This document shows, in pieces, positions 46,999 through 57,332 of a stretch of 64,000 nt of DNA. A model generated the notes under the pieces. The model saw only the letters and a program-made list of their open reading frames with translations. It was not told where the DNA came from and did not search any database. Each line of letters opens with the position of its first letter. The stretch's first letter is position 1. Origin of the DNA: TPA_inf: Saccharomyces (lineage: Eukaryota); assembly GCA_000146045.2 (NCBI GenBank), contig BK006946.2, forward strand, positions 448,001-512,000. Reading direction: 5' to 3'. The position numbers and the translations under genes were made by a program.

Positions 46999-48282
46999 AT
47001 GGCCATTGAATTGGGACTTTCCCGTATTACAAAACTACTAGAGCATTTAGGCAATCCGCAAAACTCACTTAGAGTGCTGCACATTGCAGGGACAAATGGT
47101 AAAGGTTCAGTATGTACTTACCTATCTTCTGTGTTGCAACAAAAGTCCTACCAAATTGGAAAATTTACCACTCCACACTTGGTGCATGTTACTGATTCCA
47201 TTACAATCAACAATAAGCCGATTCCGTTAGAGAGATACCAGAATATTAGATTACAACTAGAAGCTTTAAACAAGTCACACTCTTTAAAATGTACGGAATT
47301 CGAGCTATTAACATGTACCGCATTCAAATATTTTTATGATGTGCAGTGCCAATGGTGTGTCATAGAAGTAGGCCTTGGCGGAAGACTTGATGCGACCAAT
47401 GTTATTCCAGGCGCAAATAAGGCATGTTGTGGTATTACTAAAATCAGTTTGGATCATGAAAGCTTTTTAGGTAACACCTTGTCTGAAATCTCTAAAGAGA
47501 AAGCAGGTATAATAACAGAAGGGGTACCCTTCACAGTGATTGATGGAACCAATGAGGCAAGTGTTATAAATGTTGTGAAAGAAAGATGCAAGGCTTTAGG
47601 GTCTGAACTATCCGTTACAGATTCTCAACTTAACGGAAATATGATTGACACCAACTCCTGGGGTTGTTTTGACTTGGCAAAATTGCCACTGAATGGAGAA
47701 TATCAGATATTTAATCTCAGGGTGGCCATGGGTATGTTAGACTACTTACAAATGAACGAACTTATTGATATTACCAAGAATGAAGTAAGTACGAGATTGG
47801 CGAAGGTTGATTGGCCAGGAAGGTTATATCGTATGGATTATCGCTTTGACAAAGTAAGTAATAGGACAGTGCCTATATTAATGGACGGTGCCCACAATGG
47901 CTCAGCTGCAGTAGAGTTAGTTAAGTACCTAAGAAAGGAGTACGGAAACCAGCCTTTGACCTTTGTGATGGCAGTAACGCATGGGAAAAACTTGGAGCCG
48001 CTGCTCCAGCCATTATTGAGGCCTATAGATCAAGTAATTCTTACTCGGTTTAATAATGTGGAAGGTATGCCCTGGATTCATGCCACTGATCCTGAAGAAA
48101 TAAAAGATTTTATTTTGACTCAAGGATACACAAAGGAGATAGTGATTGAAAATGATTTACATCAGGTATTGCCTTCTCTGGCGCATGTATCAGACGAGCA
48201 AAGACGGCCAATTGTTGTATGCGGTTCACTGTATTTATGTGGTGAATTATTACGGATTCACAATAGTCACTTGAGAAACTAA
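46999..48282 (+). CDS. FOL3: Dihydrofolate synthetase (FPGS family), 427 aa
   Basis: ORF 46972-48282. Start MAIELGLSRITKLLEHL. Mur-ligase/FPGS P-loop IAGTNGKGS. Confidence 0.88.
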   Translation: MAIELGLSRITKLLEHLGNPQNSLRVLHIAGTNGKGSVCTYLSSVLQQKSYQIGKFTTPHLVHVTDSITINNKPIPLERYQNIRLQLEALNKSHSLKCTEFELLTCTAFKYFYDVQCQWCVIEVGLGGRLDATNVIPGANKACCGITKISLDHESFLGNTLSEISKEKAGIITEGVPFTVIDGTNEASVINVVKERCKALGSELSVTDSQLNGNMIDTNSWGCFDLAKLPLNGEYQIFNLRVAMGMLDYLQMNELIDITKNEVSTRLAKVDWPGRLYRMDYRFDKVSNRTVPILMDGAHNGSAAVELVKYLRKEYGNQPLTFVMAVTHGKNLEPLLQPLLRPIDQVILTRFNNVEGMPWIHATDPEEIKDFILTQGYTKEIVIENDLHQVLPSLAHVSDEQRRPIVVCGSLYLCGELLRIHNSHLRN

Positions 48283-48342
48283 ATAAAATAAGTAACAACG
48301 AACATTATATAGACTATCGATGATAAACAAACTAAAAAAATG

Positions 48343-49449
48343 TCATTTTTTTATTTTTTTCTTGCCTCTGGAGTCTTTCTGGTTTCCCAACATATTTACT
48401 ATATTTCTCTTCTCTCTGTTTCCCTCTCTTTTGGGTGACAAATTAGCTTCTTCTCTCTTCACTCGGTCACCTATACTTCCTTCCTCTGGTAAAGTTGTTT
48501 CCTCTTGTTCTTCATTCTTTTTTAATCCATCATAGGAATTCCTTTTGAGGCTTTTCTTTTGATTAAAAACATCTTCGCCTTTCAACGATTTGTCACCCTT
48601 TACACCTCGATTATCAATACCTTGTTCGTTATCATTTTCTAGCAAGGCTTCTTCTTTTTCTCTCTTTACGCTGAACATGTCCGAATCCTCTTTCAAAAGC
48701 GGTTTTATCAGCCGCTCTCCGGTGTTGGTAGTCTTCCCCACATCATCGGTAACTTGATAGAATTGTAACTTTGATTCATCGTAGTCCGGCTTCAGCAGCT
48801 TTACCAGTTCTTCAGTGCTCCATGTCGTTTTATCCACATCCATCCATGCATCCCAACTTTCGGTGCCTGGTTCCAGCACGCAAGGCATTCTTTCGTGGAG
48901 CCATTCTAACTCTCTGGGGCCTTGTGCAGTTATTATGGTGAACGTATATAAATCATCCTTTTCGACGTAATCATACATTCCTGCTACAAACATCAATCTG
49001 CCGTCTCGTCTAGAAATGAAATAAGGCGTCTTCTTTTTCCCTACGGTTTTCCATTCAAAATATCCGCTCATAAGCACAGCACACCTTTTCTTCTCACAGG
49101 GTCTCATCCACATTTTGCTCTCTTGTAAATTCTCTAAACGGGCATTAAAGGTACGATAGGTCTTGAATTGTGAAACGTCCTTGGTCCAGAATGGTACAAG
49201 GCCCCATCTCATAAATTGTATTGCTTTAGTATCAGGACGATATACCGCAGAGTAGTTTGTAGGGGAAATATTGTAAGAGGCCTTGAAGATATCCTTACTA
49301 ACGGTAGGCTGATCTTTGGTGTCTTCCTCGTCATGTGGATGCTGGCTGTTCGATGAGGCGTCCTTGGGTGTATTAACCGGTAAGTTCCAATCTCTTAGAA
49401 GTTGCGGCAAATCTCCGCTATCGTAAGCTAAGGCAAACCTACCACACAT
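48343..49449 (-). CDS. SRAP-domain protein YMR114C (HMCES/YedK family; abasic-site DNA-protein crosslinking)
   Basis: 368-aa ORF beginning MCGRFALAY, with the invariant Cys2 nucleophile of SRAP domains, and a long Lys/Glu-rich C-terminal tail. Confidence 0.85.
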   Translation of the reverse strand: MCGRFALAYDSGDLPQLLRDWNLPVNTPKDASSNSQHPHDEEDTKDQPTVSKDIFKASYNISPTNYSAVYRPDTKAIQFMRWGLVPFWTKDVSQFKTYRTFNARLENLQESKMWMRPCEKKRCAVLMSGYFEWKTVGKKKTPYFISRRDGRLMFVAGMYDYVEKDDLYTFTIITAQGPRELEWLHERMPCVLEPGTESWDAWMDVDKTTWSTEELVKLLKPDYDESKLQFYQVTDDVGKTTNTGERLIKPLLKEDSDMFSVKREKEEALLENDNEQGIDNRGVKGDKSLKGEDVFNQKKSLKRNSYDGLKKNEEQEETTLPEEGSIGDRVKREEANLSPKREGNREKRNIVNMLGNQKDSRGKKKIKK

Positions 49450-49703
49450 CTTGGGTTATGAAAGTCTGGTATTAGCATCAGGTATACTTTAATTAAGTCT
49501 CTTGGTTCAACTGTTCATTGCTTTGTTCCCTTTTTTGATCCCTTTCATTCAGATATTTTTCGTGGGGGTTCGGCCTCACAAAATTGCATTTACAAATCAT
49601 CAACATTTTTATGCAAAAGTGGGCTACTTTCATTTACTCACAAAGGTGTAAACACAAGCAGGAAGATCTCAGTTTAACAGGCTAAAAGTCCCTCCTTTTC
49701 GGT

Positions 49704-51209
49704 ATGCTTTTACAAGGAATGCGTTTATCGCAAAGGTTACATAAGAGACATCTATTTGCTTCCAAGATTTTAACGTGGACTACGAACCCTGCTCATATAC
49801 GCCACCTACATGATATAAGGCCGCCTGCATCAAACTTCAATACGCAAGAATCGGCCCCCATACCGGAGTCTCCAGCAAACTCACCAACTCGACCACAGAT
49901 GGCACCTAAACCCAATTTGAAAAAAAAAAATCGTAGTTTAATGTATTCTATTATTGGGGTTTCCATAGTAGGTTTATATTTTTGGTTTAAAAGTAACTCC
50001 AGGAAACAAAAACTACCTCTTTCGGCGCAAAAAGTCTGGAAGGAAGCCATATGGCAAGAAAGTGATAAAATGGATTTTAATTACAAAGAAGCGTTAAGGC
50101 GGTATATTGAGGCGTTGGATGAATGCGATCGCTCTCATGTCGATTTATTGTCAGATGATTATACCAGAATAGAGCTGAAAATTGCTGAAATGTATGAAAA
50201 GCTCAATATGCTTGAAGAAGCCCAAAATTTGTACCAAGAATTATTAAGTCGGTTTTTCGAAGCGCTGAATGTTCCTGGCAAAGTTGATGAGAGTGAAAGA
50301 GGCGAGGTTTTAAGAAAAGACTTGAGAATCTTGATTAAATCGTTAGAAATCAATAAGGACATAGAAAGTGGCAAGAGAAAATTGCTACAACATTTACTTT
50401 TAGCTCAAGAGGAAATTTTAAGCAAATCGCCAGAGTTGAAGGAATTTTTTGAAAACAGAAAAAAGAAGCTCTCGATGGTAAAAGACATCAATAGAGACCC
50501 TAATGATGATTTTAAAACATTTGTTAGTGAGGAAAATATTAAGTTTGATGAGCAAGGCTATATGATTTTGGATCTGGAAAAGAATAGCAGCGCTTGGGAA
50601 CCCTTTAAGGAAGAATTTTTTACTGCGAGAGATTTATATACAGCTTATTGTCTGTCATCAAAAGACATAGCTGCAGCTCTAAGTTGCAAGATAACTAGTG
50701 TGGAATGGATGGTTATGGCAGACATGCCACCAGGACAGATATTGCTATCACAGGCAAATTTGGGGTCATTGTTCTATCTTCAAGCAGAAAAGCTAGAAGC
50801 TGACTTAAATCAATTAGAGCAAAAGAAAAGTAAAGAGTCCAACCAAGAGTTAGATATGGGAACATACATAAAAGCCGTTAGATTCGTACGCAAAAATCGT
50901 GACTTATGTCTGGAAAGAGCACAAAAATGTTACGACAGCGTTATTGCGTTTGCCAAAAGAAACAGAAAAATTAGGTTTCATGTGAAGGATCAACTGGATC
51001 CTTCAATTGCACAGTCAATTGCTCTATCTACCTATGGAATGGGGGTTTTAAGCCTTCATGAAGGTGTTTTGGCTAAAGCTGAAAAACTATTCAAAGATTC
51101 GATCACTATGGCCAAGGAGACTGAATTTAATGAACTCCTTGCAGAAGCTGAAAAGGAACTAGAAAAGACGACAGTCTTGAAAGCGGCCAAAAAAGAGGGT
51201 TTAAACTAA
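49704..51209 (+). CDS. MGR3: Mgr3, mitochondrial inner-membrane i-AAA protease adaptor (TPR-like)
   Basis: 501-aa ORF with an N-terminal targeting/TM segment (IIGVSIVGLYFWF). Recognised. Confidence 0.85.
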   Translation: MLLQGMRLSQRLHKRHLFASKILTWTTNPAHIRHLHDIRPPASNFNTQESAPIPESPANSPTRPQMAPKPNLKKKNRSLMYSIIGVSIVGLYFWFKSNSRKQKLPLSAQKVWKEAIWQESDKMDFNYKEALRRYIEALDECDRSHVDLLSDDYTRIELKIAEMYEKLNMLEEAQNLYQELLSRFFEALNVPGKVDESERGEVLRKDLRILIKSLEINKDIESGKRKLLQHLLLAQEEILSKSPELKEFFENRKKKLSMVKDINRDPNDDFKTFVSEENIKFDEQGYMILDLEKNSSAWEPFKEEFFTARDLYTAYCLSSKDIAAALSCKITSVEWMVMADMPPGQILLSQANLGSLFYLQAEKLEADLNQLEQKKSKESNQELDMGTYIKAVRFVRKNRDLCLERAQKCYDSVIAFAKRNRKIRFHVKDQLDPSIAQSIALSTYGMGVLSLHEGVLAKAEKLFKDSITMAKETEFNELLAEAEKELEKTTVLKAAKKEGLN

Positions 51210-51455
51210 TACCACAATAAAGGAAATAAAGGAAGACAAAAATAATAAATATTTCAACTGTACATATGTATTTTCGCAGCAAACAGAAAGCATAGTTTAT
51301 AGTACCTAATGATAACCTTTCTTTCATTACTTCGAAATCTATGACGATTATATTATACACTAAAATATAGAAATTATTTTCTTTATTTTTACCATTTTAA
51401 ACATGACCAATAACTAGAAGATACATAAAAGAACAAATGAACTTTATACATATTC

Positions 51456-51878
51456 TTAGTTAGCAGTCATAACTTGCCAAACTCTAATGACGTTGTCGGT
51501 GTAACCGGCAAACAAAGTTTGACCGTCAGCAGACCAAGCCAAAGAAACAGCATGTGGTTCAGCGGCCTTGCTGTAACCAGCAAATTCTGGTCTCAAGTCA
51601 TCGACCAAGTATTGTGGGTCCAAAGAAAAGACCTTAATACCGGTAGCAGTGGCAGCAGCCAACCAGTATCTGTTTGGAGAGAAAGCCAAAGAGAAAACTT
51701 CATCTTGGGCAGACAAAGTGTACATAGCCTTCTTAGCAGCCAAGTTCCACAACATAATTTCACCGTCCTTACCAGCGGAAGCAATCAAAGTTCCGTCTGG
51801 GGAAGCAGTCAAAGTGTTGATGTTGGAGTTGTGACCGATGAAGTCAGCTTCAATTTGGAATTGGTTTAAGTTCCAAGC
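51456..51878 (-). CDS. ASC1: ASC1 (RACK1 ortholog, 40S-associated WD40 protein), exon 2
   Basis: Continues the exon-1 frame after a 273-bp intron. The 3' splice-site AG is at 51879-51880 on the minus strand and the TACTAAC branch point at 51898-51904. Translation: AWNLNQFQIEADFIGHNSNINTLTASPDGT... Confidence 0.9.
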   Translation of the reverse strand, partial: AWNLNQFQIEADFIGHNSNINTLTASPDGTLIASAGKDGEIMLWNLAAKKAMYTLSAQDEVFSLAFSPNRYWLAAATATGIKVFSLDPQYLVDDLRPEFAGYSKAAEPHAVSLAWSADGQTLFAGYTDNVIRVWQVMTAN

Positions 51879-51983
51879 CTGTCATTATATCATTTTTGTT
51901 AGTAAGGGAACAAAATTAATTTAAAAAAAAAGTTTCCATTTTGACATAACGAGTAAAGAGAAGAGCAGAGTAATGCTAAACCA

Positions 51984-52072
51984 TTCATCAGAGATCTTGG
52001 TGATAATTGGTATGTCTCATTCGGAACTCAAAGTTCCATCTGAAGTAGCAAATATGTTATTACATCATTTGA
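51984..52072 (-). ncRNA. SNR24: C/D box snoRNA snR24, hosted in the ASC1 intron
   Basis: Minus strand reads UCAAAUGAUGUAAUAAC...CUCUGAUGAA. C box AUGAUGU is near the 5' end, D box CUGA near the 3' end, and terminal complementarity (UCAAAUGA / UGAUGAA region). 89 nt. Confidence 0.9.
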
Positions 52073-52151
52073 ATGGCATACACAAATCCACTTTTCTTCT
52101 TCTACTCGATTGTCATCATATTCTATCATGGAAAGAAAATATATCACATAC

Positions 52152-52688
52152 CTTAACCATTTTGTCGTTACCGGCAGAAATGATGGTGACAGAGTCATCA
52201 TCAGCTTTTTCGTTTGGAACAACTCTGACTTGGGAAACCCAGTCATTGTGACCCAACAAAGTGGCCAAACATTGACCTTTGATGGTCCAGACCTTGATGG
52301 TCTTGTCACGGGAACCAGAGATAATCATGGAAGCCTTCTTGTCAATGTCAACGGACATAACATCGGACTTGTGACCGACGAATCTTTGGTAGGTTTCACC
52401 GGTGGCAACATCCCATAATCTCAAGGTCTTGTCCCAAGAAGCAGACAAAGCGTAAGCACCGTCAGCAGTCAAAGTACAGTCTTGGACAATGTGACTGTGA
52501 CCCTTGAAAGATCTAACTGGGACACCAAACTTTTGGTCGTCACCAGTCAACTTCCAGGAGATCAAAGTCTTATCACGGGAAGCGGACAACAATAGGTTTG
52601 GTTGACCAGCAGAAGTAGCCAAAGATGTGACCCAACCGTTGTGACCTTCCAAGGTACCTCTCAAAACTAAAACTTCGTTAGATGCCAT
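52152..52688 (-). CDS. ASC1: ASC1 exon 1
   Basis: ORF 52116-52688 reads [31 protein letters not shown]... The GTATGT 5' splice site lies on the minus strand at 52146-52151, immediately after ...ATGGTTAAG. Confidence 0.9.
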
Positions 52689-53249
52689 TTTTCACTTTAT
52701 TTACTTTAGTGTGTTATAAGGATTTTTTGGAAAAAAAAAAGAGAGAGAGAACGAGTTAGGAAAACCAAAGGAGCAGTCTTAAATATAGGAAAATTTTCAA
52801 GTTGTAGAAAATCCACAATTAAAGGAATAGCCCAATGCCAAAAAAATTGGTCTTACACATCCAAAAAAAAGTTGCGTGGATGAAATTTTTTTCAACAAAC
52901 GTTCTGAGACTTTCGCTGGAGAAGCACGTCCTCGCTAAGAAATTTTCAGAACGGAGCGATAACGAAGACGGCCTAACATCCGTACATAGTCATAAGGCTA
53001 CAGATGGCCAGGTTTGGGGGAATATAAGTATGGTGATGAGTATTACCAGTAACACAAACAAATATTTTGACAAACCAGTTACGTTGTGACAGTCCAGTAT
53101 CTTTTAAACGTAGAATGGTGCATCTAGAGTAAATATTGTAGTTATATCACACCGAGCAAAATACGTGGTTCCAATTCATAATGCTAATAATTATGCTCAG
53201 CTCATTGAATATGTATGCCACTGTAGTATTTTATTAATGATCTCAATTT

Positions 53250-53891
53250 TCACTTTCCTAATCTTTCCCAGATGTATTTGGTCTTATAGAAATCGCTGAG
53301 GTTATTGTCCAAGGGTAAAATATCAATATTCCCATCATTTTTTCTGTTAATAAGGACTTGATCATTTTCTAAATCCAAAATAACTCCTAAAGATCTGTAT
53401 AGCTTCAATTTTAGAATATTTTCGTTTGCTTCCGGGGTGACCGCACTTTGTTCTTCCAGCTCAGGTTCAATTACTTTTGCTTTTATTTTGGAACCGTTCG
53501 GTGTGGATATTATTTCACTATCTTTGAGGTACAATTTCATCTTTTCGTCCAATTCACTTCGAAGTGACACAATATTACGTTCCAATCCGTCCAAATCTTT
53601 CAGAAGTTTAACTAGTTCGTCTTTACTACCAAACTCATTGCTCTCTTCGTTAGTATATTCTAAGTCTCCCTCCAATTTAGCAACATTTATTCTTTCCGCA
53701 TTCAATTTCTTGTTCGACTCAGAAACCTTTGAATGCTCTTTACTAATTCTTGCTTCGCTTTCCTCTTTTATAACATCAAGATCGTGTCGGATTCTTTTCA
53801 TGGCATCAACATCTTGCTGAATATCAAAACTTTCTCTGACCTCTTTTAAAAATTCAACCGGATTGTCGAGTAGGTTATCCTTTTGTGACAT
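53250..53891 (-). CDS. SPC24: Ndc80 kinetochore complex subunit Spc24
   Basis: 213-aa ORF with an N-terminal coiled coil and a C-terminal RWD-like globular region. Confidence 0.85.
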   Translation of the reverse strand: MSQKDNLLDNPVEFLKEVRESFDIQQDVDAMKRIRHDLDVIKEESEARISKEHSKVSESNKKLNAERINVAKLEGDLEYTNEESNEFGSKDELVKLLKDLDGLERNIVSLRSELDEKMKLYLKDSEIISTPNGSKIKAKVIEPELEEQSAVTPEANENILKLKLYRSLGVILDLENDQVLINRKNDGNIDILPLDNNLSDFYKTKYIWERLGK

Positions 53892-54143
53892 GGCTCTTGC
53901 GTTCCTTCCCTTTACACTTGCTCTTCCCTCGTTACTTCTTTCATCTATAGCAAAGTCCCTACGTAAGTTATTTTGAAGACTTCATTGTTTACATTTACTT
54001 TTGACGCGCCTGTCAAGGTCGGGTAACCTCTTCTGCTTTCGCGGGTCCTTCTACGTTGAATCAAATTTATTGAATATAACATTATAAAGAGTATCATAAA
54101 AGCTATGTAGCAAAAAACACTAAGTACATTCCTTACATTTCAT

Positions 54144-54734
54144 TTACTGAGCCAGTAAATACGTTCCTAAGACGAGTGTGCCGGCTAAAACGATTGATCC
54201 GGTTTTTATAACCCCACGGTTGGTCAATTCGTAGCCCATATCCCAGATGAGATGCCTTATACCGTTACCAAAATGGAATGCAAACAGATATGCTGCAGAG
54301 CCTTTGGCCACCCATTGGGACCACTTAGGCATCTTTTCGTGATACCACTTGTTTAGATCCTGAAAAGTCGTATCCATTCCCATTATTGTCGTCACACCCA
54401 AAGTAATTGTGAAAGCATAGAATCCAAGAGCCAGTAAAACGCCAGATATACGATGTAAAGAGGAAAGATACCAGCTCATTTCAGGTTCGTAAACAGTTAA
54501 ATGAGGAGAGATCGGTCTTTTTTTCCTTTGAGATACTAAGAGCTCCTCTTCCTTGTTGCTTGACCAAAGATCAGATTTGGATACGCGGCCATTGTGGAAT
54601 TCTTTGGAAAAAAGGTCCATTCTGCCATTAGAGATATAATTATGCAAAATAAATGGTGTGCTGATTCTTGGCACGAATACAGATGCTCGGGGAACTCCAA
54701 ATACAGATGTTACTCTTTGAATGGTTGCTTTCAT
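54144..54734 (-). CDS. SHH3: Shh3, paralog of succinate dehydrogenase membrane anchor Sdh3, 196 aa
   Basis: ORF 54144-54782. Start at MKATIQRV. Sdh3/cyt b560-like helices with a conserved His. Confidence 0.8.
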   Translation of the reverse strand: MKATIQRVTSVFGVPRASVFVPRISTPFILHNYISNGRMDLFSKEFHNGRVSKSDLWSSNKEEELLVSQRKKRPISPHLTVYEPEMSWYLSSLHRISGVLLALGFYAFTITLGVTTIMGMDTTFQDLNKWYHEKMPKWSQWVAKGSAAYLFAFHFGNGIRHLIWDMGYELTNRGVIKTGSIVLAGTLVLGTYLLAQ

Positions 54735-55189
54735 TATTCTTACGCTTCTGAATATTTCTGAGCTCCACTTATCAGCTATCACAGTCGCATTGAGTGTGAT
54801 TAATTTTTCGGTATATTGATACTATTTCATTTTTATTTGCCATTATCTAAAATCTTCGTCAATTTTTTTATGAGCAACGTATCCCTAATCCCTTTTTTAC
54901 AAAAGTCCAAAATAGAAAAAAAACTATTACGGATGCAGTGATCTCTAATTAGGGATACTTTTCCTTGTAATTTGGTTTATCGTACGGTAAGAATGACCGA
55001 ATGAGTGATGGTTTTGATCCGAACCGTAAAGAAATACTGGTAGAAGTGTTTACTCTGGTTCCTTTCAACGACATGGTATACAACTATATTGCATGAGAAC
55101 TGGATGCGATGCAAGTACTTCTGGTACAAACATGTAAATACTATTGATTATATTACAGTAATTTTGTCAAAACACAGTGGCACAAAGTC

Positions 55190-55395
55190 ATTTGATAATG
55201 TGATAGGATAACGAAACATATAAAGCGGAAGGACAAAAAAAAAGTAGTGATATTATGTAGAAATACCGATTCCATTATGAGGACTCTTATATCTTCGAGA
55301 GGAACTTCTATTATATTCTGTATACACAACATTATAGCCTTTGATCAACAATGGAGTTCACAATTATCAAAATATTCGCACAATATTCACGTAGA
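55190..55395 (+). mobile_element. 5'-truncated delta LTR fragment
   Basis: Matches the 3' half of delta (GATAATGT.ATAGGATAA.GAAACATATAAA...CTTCGAGAGGAACTTCTA...CAACAATGGA). Part of the LTR array upstream of tRNA-Leu. Confidence 0.7.
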
Positions 55396-55770
55396 ATAGT
55401 GGATGACAGAGTATATAAACAAAGAAAGAAGCACTCAGGATTTTCTATAAATAGTGAAGTTTTCTATGGACGCCAAAAAATCTTAAGGGTATCTTGAGTG
55501 TAATCATCATTGGAAGGATTATTATCTTTCACGAGTAAAATACTATTAATAACTAGTAATTTCCGTGAAGTCATTAAAATGAACAAAACGATAAAACGGT
55601 TTCTTATTGCTAATGTGCTGATTTTTTGCCAAAAGGTAAAATCTAAAAATATCAATTGCATACCTTCACATTTGGTATATTACCATATAATAGCAAGATG
55701 ACATAAATCGGTGAGGAGCAGTTACCAAATTCCATGGAAGATGAAAAACAGGGTTGATAATATAATAAAC

Positions 55771-56141
55771 TGTTGGAACGAGAGTAATTAATAGTGACAT
55801 GAGTTGCTATGGTAACAATCTAATGCTTACATCGTATATTAATGTACAACTCGTATACGTTTAAGTGTGATTGCGCCTATTGCAGAAGGAATGTTAAACG
55901 AGAAGCTCAGACAATACTGAAGCTGTGTTAAAGACCTATTAGTTGAACATGTTATGGTAGGTACATATATGAGGAATATGAGTCGTCACATCAATGTATA
56001 GTAACTACCGGAATCACTATTATATTGGTCATAATTAATATGACCAATCGGCGTGTGTTTTATATACCTCTCTTATTTAGTATAAGAAGATCAGTACTCA
56101 CTTCTTCATTAATACTAATTTTTAACCTCTAATTATCAACA
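55771..56141 (+). mobile_element. Solo LTR, 371 bp, TGTTG...CAACA termini; probably Ty4 tau
   Basis: Exact TGTTGG...ATCAACA boundaries. The 371-bp length matches tau. The sequence is unlike delta or sigma as far as I recall. Confidence 0.55.
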
Positions 56142-56345
56142 TAAACAATGGAAGAAAAATAATAATATTACCAAGCAAAATTATTGTCCTTGTGGATTTC
56201 GATATTTTCAACAGGTACCTTAGTAGAGCTGAAGTTTTTTCAAATTAAACATTTATGTGGTAGTCATATATATGTGTCATGCGAGTCTTTACATTAAATA
56301 TATGGTAACCACCAGAGAACTTGTTATATTAGTCACGATTAATAA
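56142..56345. mobile_element. Unclassified LTR-like fragment between tau and delta
   Basis: Shares a short similarity with the adjacent tau (…TTATATTAGTCACGATTAAT versus …TTATATTGGTCATAATTAAT). Boundaries and family uncertain. Confidence 0.3.
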
Positions 56346-56677
56346 TGTTGGAATAAAAATCCACTACCGTCTATCAACTAGTAGTTATATTATCAATATA
56401 TTATCATAGACGGTGTTAGATGATGATATAAATTATGAGAAGCTGTCATCAAAGTTAGAAGAAGCTGAAATGCAAAGATTGATAATATGATAGGATAATG
56501 AAACATATAAAATAGAAAGAGGGATAATCGTAATATTAGTATGTAAAAATATACATTCCATTTTGAGGATTCCTATGTCCTCGTGGAGAACTTTTAGTAT
56601 ATTCTGTTTACCTAATATTATAATCTTTTATCAACAATGGAATCCCAACAATTATCTCAAAATTCACCTATATCTCA
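56346..56677 (+). mobile_element. Full-length solo delta (Ty1/Ty2 LTR), 332 bp
   Basis: TGTTGGAATAAAAATCCACTACC...CTCGTGGAGAAC...ATTATCTCAAAATTCACCTATATCTCA; near-consensus delta. About 215 bp upstream of tRNA-Leu. Confidence 0.9.
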
Positions 56678-56894
56678 AATAATAAACCGATCGGACTGCG
56701 TTCAGTGAACCTCTCTTATATAGTATAGGAAGATCCAAATTTATTATTCGCTGATATGACCTTTTGACCTTTACATATTAACGAGGTGCTTTTACCAATG
56801 CATAGACGAGCAGCTTATCCCATAATGAGTTTAAATTCTATTCAACTCATAACAACTTATAGTTGCTATAGTCACACCTTTTCAACAGATAAGT

Positions 56895-57008
56895 GGTTGT
56901 TTGGCCGAGCGGTCTAAGGCGCCTGATTCAAGAAATATCTTGACCGCAGTTAACTGTGGGAATACTCAGGTATCGTAAGATGCAAGAGTTCGAATCTCTT
57001 AGCAACCA
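56895..57008 (+). tRNA. tL(CAA): tRNA-Leu (CAA) with 32-nt intron
   Basis: GGTTGTTTGGCCGAGCGGTCTAAGGCGCCTGATTCAAG, then an intron, then CTCAGGTATCGTAAGATGCAAGAGTTCGAATCTCTTAGCAACCA. A T-run terminator lies at 57011-57017. Confidence 0.93.
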
Positions 57009-57332
57009 TTATTTTTTTCTCGCGTATTCCTTTGAGGGCGCCCCTTTATGTTGAAATATTGAGAAGCTACGAATCAAACTTTGAAGTCAGTTGAGTAAGC
57101 AATATGAAAAACATTGGAAAATACAATAAAACACAATTACGAAAACTATATTGTTTTGAACAGAAAAATAGAAGGAAGTACTAAAATTACTCTTTCACCA
57201 CACAACAATTTTAACTCAAGAAGATAATCACTGCTTACTTTTATATTTTATAGACAATTTGCACTTTGGGGTATTTTTCTTAATTTTATCTGGGTTTTTT
57301 TCTTCTTTTTACAAAGAAACTATGCTAAGAAT

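Noticed and set aside
51474-51869. 131-aa and other ORFs antisense to the ASC1 exons and intron
   Set aside because: They are antisense or alternative frames of a highly expressed WD40 gene. One of them spans the snR24-containing intron. ASC1 and snR24 fully explain the locus.
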